Of a stretch of 44,547 nt of DNA, positions 35,806-44,547 are shown piece by piece. Source of the stretch: Octopus bimaculoides (Eukaryota). The notes under the pieces are model-generated. The model was not told the origin of the DNA. It worked only from the letters and a program-made list of their open reading frames with translations, and did no database searches. Positions within the stretch are counted from its first letter, which is position 1, and each line of letters begins with the position of its first letter. Location of the stretch: NCBI RefSeq assembly GCF_001194135.2, contig NC_068993.1:17266412-17310958 (forward strand), read 5' to 3'. The position numbers and the translations under genes are program-made.

Positions 35806-36386
35806 TATACAAACTTGCCCTCTCACATGCACATGCACATGAACAAATCAGTATACTCATCAAAATAAACGTATATTTAAAATCACATATAAATGATCGT
35901 CACCAAGGTGAGGGAGTCAAAAGAATATATTCATTATCAGGCAAATGTTAAATTTTGAATTTAAAATTTTTTATTCACCTGAAGAAAATGTTTTTTTTTC
36001 TTGATTTGTTCATCAATAAAACGTGCATCTGAAACGGTTGTAATGAACATCAACCCATTTGTTTTCTTATATATATATATAATGGAGAAATTGTACAAAA
36101 TGTATAAATGGATGATGAGTAAAGCACCGGCACAGTTTTGATTACCTGTTGCTATCCGTAGATTTATTGCAGGAACTTTGTAGTGGCAGGTGGGGCAACA
36201 GTATTAATAAAATAGGAGATGGAATGTATAATAGACTTTATTGGGTACAACACATGTTCAACCCATTCTGGGTCTTTTCAGGTACATCAATAAAAAATGT
36301 CACTAGAGATTTCTTGAGTTGGTTTACGTACCAATATATGTCCATCAATTTCGAGAATATACATATATATAATGCTGCGTATATAC

Positions 36387-36448
<62 letters not shown>

Positions 36449-36769
36449 AAAAGAAGAAAAAAAGAAAATGGAGATTGGGAAGTTAATAATTGTTTATTAT
36501 TAACAGCAAATTAATCATCATCCCTCACAGCTGATTCAATTAATACTCAGTAAATGTTAAATTTATACGACCTGAGCATAAACAAATCGAGAGATCGCTA
36601 TGTGGATCTCTTGTATGCTAAAAATAGATGTCAAACCGTCTTACCACTAAATTTGTGTTCCCAACTTAGTAAGACGCTAAATGTTTACGAGCTAGACAGA
36701 TAAAAAGAAATAAACATACCACTTAATTCCATACCTTAAGGTTTCAACATAATTCAATAACTGTCTGTG

Positions 36770-37575
36770 TTGGGTTGGTAAAAAAATTCATAGTAGTTTT
36801 TAAGTAAAATTCATTAGCAATATTTAAATAGTTGTGTATACCTTTACTTAACCACATATTTCCTATTTTGTTCGACTACCTTTTGCCATCTTTGAAGCAG
36901 TTTCATGATCCTATCCTCCCAGAACATGGCATCTTTGTGGGCCATGAACTGCTTTAAGTGGTTTTTACACCTTTTTAAAGAATCAAAGTTCTCCCATTAA
37001 GAGAATTTTGCAAGGATCGGAATAAATGATGATCCAAAGGTGCAAGGTCAGGTGAGTACGGTGGGTGGGGTAGGACATCCCACCAAGCTGCACTAATTTC
37101 TGCCAGGTCTGCAGAGAAATGGGCAGTCTAGTGTTGTGGTAAGACAACACCCTTTTGGTTGGCCAATTTTGGATGTTTTACATCAATTGCCTTCTTTAAT
37201 CGGTCTAATTGGGAACAATAGTAGTCTGAATTTAACATCTGATTGCCTGAAAGTAGCTCGTAATACGCAATGCCCTTCCAAACCTACCAAATACAGAGCA
37301 TCACCTTCTTTGGATACACACCAGCTTTTGTAGAGATTGAAGGTGGTTCATCTTGTTTTCCTCAGGACCATTTTTGTTTTATTTTGTTGTAAATAATTCA
37401 TATCTCATCACACATGATCATTCTTTTCAAAAATGGATAGAGAATTCCATCAGCAGAGAATTGCTGATGGAAATATGCTCTATTAAGTTTTTCTCCAAGA
37501 AGTTATGAGGCACCCAAACATCATAGTGATTCATGTAACCAAGTGTTTTTAAATGCTTTATAATGCTCACATGAA
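36770..37575 (-). pseudogene. mariner transposase pseudogene (5'-truncated, 3' TIR present)
   Basis: Minus-strand motifs DVWVPHN, PFLKRMIMCDE, PKKVMLCIW, LNSDYYCSQLDRL and [19 protein letters not shown]-like TTGGGTTGGTAAAAAAATTCATAG at 36770. Multiple stops. Confidence 0.92.
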
Positions 37576-38369
37576 CTGCTGTAGCAGGAGTGGATAGGTC
37601 TGTTCCAAAAGAACTCTTAATTACCTTTGCATCCAGCTACTATCTCTCCCCACCACCTCATATGAAGTATTCTGTCATAAATATTAGATTTTTTGGTTTT
37701 TCACAGCAAAAGTGATTTATTCCACTCTTGAAACTTATGCTTCCACTTAACATACAAATGAGGGAGAAACACTAGAAAAATTTAACTTCTTTGGTCATAT
37801 TTTGTTTACAAAGAAAATTTAATCCTATATAATCACTCTCTGACCTCTGGTCCAGTATCCTTGCCTGACCTTATTTGCTGCTACTGCACTGATCTCTGTT
37901 TTTGGATGTTGATGATCTCATATCAGTGTCACTTAGATTCATCTTACCTACTTATCTCTCCTCATTTTGCAATTCATATTGTGTCCAACCCTATCCATCC
38001 TTGACTCTGCACTAACCACTTCCATTCCAGAGAGTTAGTCCTCTGGTATTCCTTGTCTATATTCTTCTTCTTGTTTAGCCTATTGTCCATTCTGATTGAA
38101 TAGATTCATGGTCAAAGAAAGGCATTGTAGCCATGGTCATCTCATCTTCTATGTCATATTTCTAGAATTATATTCTCTGTCCTTCCTAAGTTAAGATAGT
38201 AACGGACAGCTGAGAAATTCCCTCATTGGTTTGTCTCTGCACATGTTTTTCCAGCAGCCCTTAGCTTGCACTACCATGTAGATTTCACTGGTCTTGGAGG
38301 ACCAGAGAAGACCATAGGTACCTTTCCCTTCCTCTGGATCAAAGCATTAAAATACAAATAAGTTTCTAC

Positions 38370-38550
38370 ATGGTAGTTTGACTTGCTAGAAATAGTAGCC
38401 AAATCACTCTCAAATCACACTCTACCACTGTCTTAAAAAAGGACATTATCAATAATGTTGTCTTGGGTTCTTTATATATAGAATAAAGACAGAATGTCAC
38501 AGATGGAACACCTTTGATCGGAGTTGTCCTGATGTTAGACACAAACATTA
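38370..38550 (+). mobile_element. Repeat family B
   Basis: 'gacttgctagaaatagtagccaaatcactctcaaatcacactctaccactgtcttaaaaaagg'. Confidence 0.7.
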
Positions 38551-38567
38551 AAATAATATATATATAT

Positions 38568-38856
38568 ACTAGCAGTATAACCCGACATTGTTCGGGTGTG
38601 ACTTATTGCGCTATCTATGATAAGTCTTGCTGGGTGAAAATCAACTAAAAAAGAAAGCGTTACAACGAAAAACCCTTATGATTTAAATATGTTCATAATT
38701 CAAAAGACGATGAAATTAATAGGGAAAGTCTGAAGGCTGTTTTGCGTAACATTATTAAACGTACGTAAATTTCATCCATCTAATTGGCTATAGAAATGCT
38801 TGTGCAAAACAACGCTTCACACAGACACACATCTTCAGCTTTATTATATATAAGAT
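38568..38856 (+). mobile_element. Non-autonomous Helitron/Helentron-like (DINE-1/Lep1-style) element
   Basis: 5' ACTAGC, hairpin CCCGA-cattgt-TCGGG (38581-38596), 3' 'acagacacac...ctttattatatataagat'. Sits in (TA)n and retains CpG. Confidence 0.6.
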
Positions 38857-38996
38857 ATATATGTTTACAGACAAACCTGTTGAATGGAAATAGTGTTGGA
38901 TCACTGGCTCATGGTTCATGAATTTTAATATTCTGTAAATATTTGTAATTTGATGTGTCTCTGGATAGATCACTTTATTTACTTTAACCCACTCAG

Positions 38997-39070
38997 CTTT
39001 TGAGGAACAGATAGCAGAATTTGTACAAAAATTAACTGTGATAGATTGGCCCCTTATTCAGTACAAAATG
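38997..39070 (+). other. Candidate coding exon
   Basis: Strong acceptor ttatttactttaacccactcag. Open frame FEEQIAEFVQKLTVIDWPLIQYKM. Donor is weak (gtttct); otherwise the frame stops at 39091. Confidence 0.25.
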
Positions 39071-39224
39071 GTTTCTAATTTGCTGAGTTAAACTATGGGA
39101 ACCAGAATTAAGAACTGTTTCTTTTTGTGACATTCTGTTCTGTTTTATCGATGTAATCAACTTAATCCCTTTGTCTGTCCTTGTTTGTCCCCTCTATGTT
39201 TAGCCCCTTGTGGGCAATAAAGAA

Positions 39225-39428
39225 ATAAGAAACATTAGCATGCTGGGCGAATTGCTTTGCGGTATTTCATCTGTCTTTACGTTCTGAGTTCAAATTTTGC
39301 CAAGGTCGACTTTGCCTTTCGTCCTTTCAGGGTTGATAAATTAAGTACCAGTTGCATACTGGGGTTGATCTAATTGACTGGCCTCCTCTCCCAAAATTTC
39401 GGACCTTGTGCCTAGAGTAGAAAAGAAT
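39225..39428 (+). mobile_element. tRNA-SINE type C
   Basis: 'ttacgttctgagttcaaat' B-box-like, core 'ggtcgactttgcctttcgtcctttcagggttgataaattaagtaccag', end 'gccttgtgcc'-like. Confidence 0.8.
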
Positions 39429-39507
39429 ATGGGTCGTGTCTCGCTCCAGGCCCAGTCTGATCAATTAAACCCTTAAAGGTGTTCCAACTAGAATAATCCT
39501 CTACTTC

Positions 39508-39890
39508 TATCTTTTACTTGTTCAGTCATTAGTCTGTGGCCATGCTGGGGCACTGCCTTGAGGAATATTTAGTCAAACAAATCGACCCTAGTACTTATTT
39601 TTTAAGCTTGGTATTTATTCTATCTCTTTTGCTGAACTGCTAAGTTACAGGGACAAAAACACAACAATACTGGTTGTCAGGTAGTGATGGGGGACAAACA
39701 CAGACACTAAGAAACACATCTATACGATGGGCTTCTTTCAGTTTCCACCTACCAAATCCACTAACAAGGTTTTGTTCAGCCTGAGACTATAGTAGAAGAC
39801 ACTTGCCCAAGATGCCACACAGTGGGACTGAACTTGGAACCATGTGGTTGGGGAGCAAGCTTCTTACCACACAGCCACACCTTTGCCTAT
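39508..39890 (-). mobile_element. SINE type A, tail 1, full length
   Basis: 'cttttacttgttcagtcattag...gggcttctttcagtttccacctaccaaatccac...cttaccacacagccac'. Confidence 0.9.
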
Positions 39891-40439
39891 GTTGGATATC
39901 ATTGACCAATATCTCCATACCTTTTTCAAAACAGTAGGGTATCATTTGAGGGGAGATTTAGTTACTATTTCTAACAAGCTGAGAAACCACATAGCTAACT
40001 GAACTATTAATGTAATAATGTAAAACAGATATAACTATAGTAGCTGTTGTTGTTTAGCTTTAAGTCAGTTCTGATTGAACAAACCAATGACTAAATGCAT
40101 TCCTGTTACATCCATCTTGTGAATTTTATGTATCTGTAACTCCATCATTCCAGTTTCTTTCCTTTGACAGTAAAGTGTGATTTGGCTTCTATTTCTAGCA
40201 AGTTAAATGACTTCATAGAGATTTTCTCATTGTGATTAATAACAGTAGTAATGTAATAGTTGAACAGCTGCATAGAGGTTCTCACATAGACTTGAGGTAT
40301 TAACATAGTTTTTAACAGAGGTATTAATTTAGTGATTAGCTAAGGTATTAATGTACTAATTAGTAAAAGTATTAACATACTGATCATATAACATAGTGAG
40401 TAATATAGGTGTTAATACAATGTAGTGGTTTTTAGTGGT

Positions 40440-40856
40440 CTGGAGGTGTTCATGCCTTGATGCAAAAAAAAGCATCTGTATTTTTGAAGGACTCTCTGGA
40501 GTAATGTTACTTGACTGAGAGTGTAGCTTGAAGATCAGGGAGCTTCTCCAGGTCAAGCAACTACTTCACTGCACCGAGAGGTCACAACTTTGGTACTATG
40601 GACATGTGATTAGAATGTTGCAGGTAAGAATTACAATACGGATTCTTCAAGCTGAGTCAACTGGCAGAAAATTTAAAGGTAGACAAAGAATGAAATGGCT
40701 GGATAATATTCATTGCTTTAGTTGGTCACACATGGGAATCCAGCTGAAAAGTGTCATGACATTTACTTCTGATTGGACCCTATGGAGAAGGTGTCTGAGT
40801 ATTTTTATCTCCATGATCCTCCCAGAAATAGTGAGCAGAGAAAATGCATGGAAATA
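40440..40856 (+). mobile_element. RTE-clade LINE ORF2 C-terminal remnant (distinct lineage)
   Basis: IRELLQVKQLLHCTERSQLWYYGHVIRM...GRKFKGRQRMKWLDNI...DWTLWRR, which matches the SQLRWxGHV / GRxRxRW pattern. Confidence 0.8.
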
Positions 40857-41261
40857 ATATAAACCAGGATAAGATTCAATTTGTCAAGAAGTTACCTTTA
40901 ATCTACAGAATGTTCCCGGAATAGGGATGATATTTCAAGAAGTATACGTTAAAAATTGAAAATAAACAAAAAGTGTGTGTGCTTTATTATACATATAAGA
41001 GTGATTATACATGTAAGGAGAAGAAATAGAGATTAAATGGGTAAAGCATAGTTGATGTAGCAAACCAAGAAATTTATTTAATTAAAATAATAGCCTTAAA
41101 TCTTGTAAGTCTATGTTTCTCAAACTGAGAACTAGTCCAACCCCATAAAAAAAAAAAGATATTTGTAGAATTTTTTCCCCTTTATCCTGCTTTATTAACA
41201 AGAAGACAAAAAGAATATTGCCTCCATATATATATTTTCTTCTTTCTTTGCCATGGTTTAG

Positions 41262-41297
41262 GACAAGTTTAAAACCATGGTGACTTTATTAAAGATG
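41262..41297 (+). other. Candidate 36-nt phase-0 coding exon
   Basis: Acceptor ttttcttctttctttgccatggtttag, donor ATG|gtaatt. Only frame 0 is open: DKFKTMVTLLKM. Confidence 0.35.
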
Positions 41298-42174
41298 GTA
41301 ATTTGTCTGCGCTCTTTTCAATCCTCACTATGCCAACACTACATGAGAAACATTGATCTCTAAGTGATAGTTTTATTATTAGGTCATTCCACCAATGATA
41401 AACACAAACACTGGTTCTATTTCACTTCTTTATTTCTCAGTTGGTTTACTGTTTAACTAACTAACTGATTGCTTGTTTGATCAATCGTTCAGTCAATCAA
41501 CCAATCAGTTAGGTTTGTCAAAGTCCTTCATTCAAGATCTCATCAATAACATACCTTTCCTACTCCAAGTATGCTTTTGTCTCCTAATGTAGTCAACTAG
41601 AACCAATTCATGTGTTTATTATTTTCGTAATGATCTTCCTGAGATAAAACAAAGTGTGTCTCCACATTCAAGTACACATCAAGAATCTTGCAAGCCAAAT
41701 ACAAAACAATATATTCTGAATGATAAATTCTGGCCAAAATAAATAAATTTTTTAAAAAGGCAGGGGAGACAACACCGAAATTTTAATTCAACGTGGAAAA
41801 TAGTGAGAAGTGGTATGGTCTTTAATGGTATGGTGATAACCCCAGACATGTTTCAGTTTTGTCACTATTTTACGAATTTTGTTGATTTTCTTTATGCAGA
41901 TAAGCGTGCATGAAAAATTGCCTGGTTATTTTTTTTCTTTACAACAAAATGGGTTTATTGGAAATTTTGATAATTTTAATAATTACATATATAACATGAA
42001 TGTATATGATACATATATAATACAACACCACATTAAATACAAATCCAAAACCAAAGAAAACACAAACATGAGTGAAGAAAGAATAAAAAAGTTATTAGTT
42101 AAGAAAATAACTCATGAGAATAGAATTTTTAATGTTCTAAAATAATGGCTGTGACTAAGCAAATATCTTTTATT

Positions 42175-42445
42175 TTTTTCTACTATAGGCACAAGGCATG
42201 CAATCTTTGGGATGGGGCTAGTTGATAACATAGACCCCAGTGCTCAACTGGTACAAGACCAGCATTTTAATGGGAAATGGAATGTTGATTACAACAATCC
42301 TGGTATTCAACTCTTACTTATTTTATCGACTCCAAAAGGATCAAAGTCAACCTCAATGGCATTTTAACTTAGAATCTAAAACCAAAAGAAATTCCACTAA
42401 GTATTTTGTTCAGTGTGCTAATGATCCTGCCAGCTTGCTGTCTTT
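42175..42445 (-). mobile_element. tRNA-SINE type C (degenerate)
   Basis: 'ggcacaaggc...gaccccagtgctcaactggtac' and 'ttattttatcgactccaaaaggatcaaagtcaacctc', reverse of the type C core. Confidence 0.7.
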
Positions 42446-42879
42446 TGCTAAATAAATATTAATTCTAGTAATTACAGCATGGAAAGCACTGCGATTTGGT
42501 TGCAATGGAACTGTGTCTGGGAACGGGTTACAGATATTGCAGTGATAATTTTGACACCAGATAACAAAGGATTAAGTGATTTTAAGTCTTTTTTTGTGTG
42601 TGTGTGTGTTTCAGAGTTGCTAGTATGTGTCTTCAATGCTGAAATTGCTTTAGTTTCAACACCTTGTTTCAGAAAAAATTATTTGTCAGTCCAGATAAAT
42701 ATATCACTGAAATTCCAGTAGCTTTATCCAGGCTTCCAAAATCCTGAGGAACACTGTTCCCTCTTACCTTAAGAAGATAACAACCCTGCAACAACTTTGC
42801 TTCATGAAATGGTAAAATTGCTGTGGAATTCTGTCAGTGAAGAAGTTGCGGATAATGTGACAAAAATTTTGACATCAAA

Positions 42880-43100
42880 GAAAGCACCCATGCTGGTGCT
42901 ACATAAAGAGCATCCAGTACATCTGTAAAGTGGTTAGTGTTAAAAAGGACATCCAGTTAGAAACCATATTAAAACAGACAATTGGAATCTGATGCAGCCC
43001 CTGACCTTGCCAGTTCCTGTCAAATCATCCAACCAATGCCAGTATGGAAAACAGATGTTTGATGATGATGATGATGATGATGATGAGGATGACGATGATG
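42880..43100 (+). mobile_element. RTE-type tail with (GAT)n end
   Basis: 'ctgtaaagtggttagtgttaaaaaggacatccag...gccagtatggaaaacagatgtttgatgatgatg'. Confidence 0.7.
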
Positions 43101-43464
43101 AATAAATGTTTAAGTGAAGTTAACAGTTTTTATGCATTTTTAAATGGCTGATATGTATCAATACATAGCCTCAAATTAACTTTCTTGCTTATCTTGGAAG
43201 TTAGGGATTTTGTGAATCTGGAATGGAACCAGGTATAACCACTTAAACCAGTTCACCATTTCCATGCATGAAAGAACATTGAGGATGATGATGATGGTGA
43301 TGGGAGTAGTGTTTGTATAAATGATGATTGAAGGATCATCTTTGGAAATAATATTGTCAATTCTTCCTTTCAGCATAGCTAAAAAAATTTCTGTACTTGC
43401 TCTTGTTTGTCTTGATTTTACTCTGAATTTAGTGAACAAAATTAAAAAGAAAGACTACAGATGA

Positions 43465-43660
43465 CCAGGCAATGAGATAATTTCTTTATGCCAGAAATGG
43501 CAACTGAGTTCTCCATTAAAACCACACTTTAGTCTTAAAAAGATGGATACATTACATAATTAGTTCTGAGTTCTTGAAAACTACTTTATGGTCTTGGCTT
43601 GAAAACCCTTGATTTTAGGTTCGTTCAGTCTGAGTTCACCTGGTGCTAAACAACAACAAC
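43465..43660 (+). mobile_element. Repeat family B
   Basis: 'gccagaaatggcaactgagttctcc...gttcacctggtgctaaacaacaacaac'. Confidence 0.55.
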
Positions 43661-43986
43661 ATCGCAACAACAGATGATTCAGTGGATATTATGTTAGTGA
43701 ATCAGTTGAAGAAGTTTCAAATTAGTTATAAAGTTACTAAGGTTGCGTTGTGCCTTAAATAAGAAGCTAAACTGCTCTACCTCATTTATGTAATGACATT
43801 CGGGTAAGAAAAAAAGATAAAATATGAGAGTTGGTTGAACCTTTCAAAAGTAGTGTCATTGTCCACAGCATTGGGATCAAATTCCATCTTACAAAAGAGG
43901 TGAAAGAAAAAATTGTAAATTTTTGTTTTAATAAGATTTAATAAATTATTTTGCAACTAATCCTACTTCTATATCTTATTCTGTTA

Positions 43987-44220
43987 GTGGAGGCGCAATG
44001 GCCCAGTGGTTAGGGCAGCGGACTCGCGGTTTCGATTCCCAGACCGAGCATTGTGAGTGTTTATTGAGTAAAAACACCTAAAAGCTCCACGAGGCTCCTG
44101 CAGGGGATGGTGGCGAACCCTGCTGTACTCTTCCCACCACAACTTTCTCTCACTCTTACTTCCTGTTTCTGTTGTGCCTGTAATTTAAAGGGTCAGACTT
44201 GTCACACTGTGTCATGCTGA
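43987..44220 (+). mobile_element. Young tRNA-SINE (same family as 18561-18937), 3'-truncated
   Basis: Nearly colinear with the reverse complement of ~18700-18937, including the same short head. Confidence 0.92.
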
Positions 44221-44250
44221 TTATGCTTGTGTGTTGTTGGCCTGATCTAG

Positions 44251-44547
44251 AAACTTTTGATCTCACAAACTACCTCGTCGACGAGTGACAGGGACCTTCT
44301 CTTTGTGGCTGGAGACTTCAACGGTCATGTCGGACGTCGTGCTGGGGGCTTCCATGGCATACATGGAGGCTATGGCTTCGGTTCCCGCAACGAGGAGGGA
44401 ACCAGACTGCTGGAGTTCTGTGATGCAACCAATCTTATAGTCTGCAATACCAACTTCAGGAAACCTGCCAGTCACCTAGTCACCTACCGCTCCGGCAGAC
44501 ACTCTAGCCAAATCGACTACATCCTCGCCAGAAATAGGGAAAGAGGG
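44251..44547 (+). mobile_element. RTE-clade LINE ORF2 AP-endonuclease fragment, 5'-truncated, open to the window end
   Basis: Uninterrupted frame QTTSSTSDRDLLFVAGDFNGHVGRRAGGFHGIHGGYGFGSRNEEGTRLLEFCDATNLIVCNTNFRKPASHLVTYRSGRHSSQIDYIL, with the GDFN and QIDY motifs of APE-type endonucleases. Confidence 0.93.

Noticed and set aside
37623-37669. Minus-strand ILHMRWWGE resembling C2CD3 RWWGE
   Set aside because: A five-residue match with no flanking exons carrying the rest of the domain.

Overview
AT-rich animal genomic DNA with four assembly gaps (13783-13792, 17972-17981, 20341-20499, 31959-31968). The SINE repertoire and microsatellite load suggest an octopus genome; this is an inference from recalled repeat motifs, not a database hit. 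Most of the window is transposon debris. It holds more than 25 copies of several tRNA-derived SINE types, several RTE-clade LINE remnants (one with an intact endonuclease frame running off the right edge), Tc1, mariner and maT-like transposase relics, hAT, piggyBac, pogo and Tc1-type MITEs, and a Helitron-like element. None of the supplied ORFs is a credible complete host gene. Most are microsatellite read-throughs or antisense or partial frames of repeats. Two CpG-retaining zones (about 9.4-13.4 kb and 25.9-29.9 kb) look like unmethylated promoter regions. A few short splice-bounded candidate exons exist, but I could not assemble or name a host gene with confidence. I found no convincing new biological system. 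The most interesting signals are modular head/core/tail swapping among SINEs, a SINE lineage with a shortened Pol III promoter, an apparent DD36E-spaced Tc1 relic, and closely spaced inverted SINE pairs. Repeat boundaries are approximate (10-30 bp) unless TIRs or TSDs are quoted. SINE type names (A-D, tail 1/E/3/4) are my own working labels.
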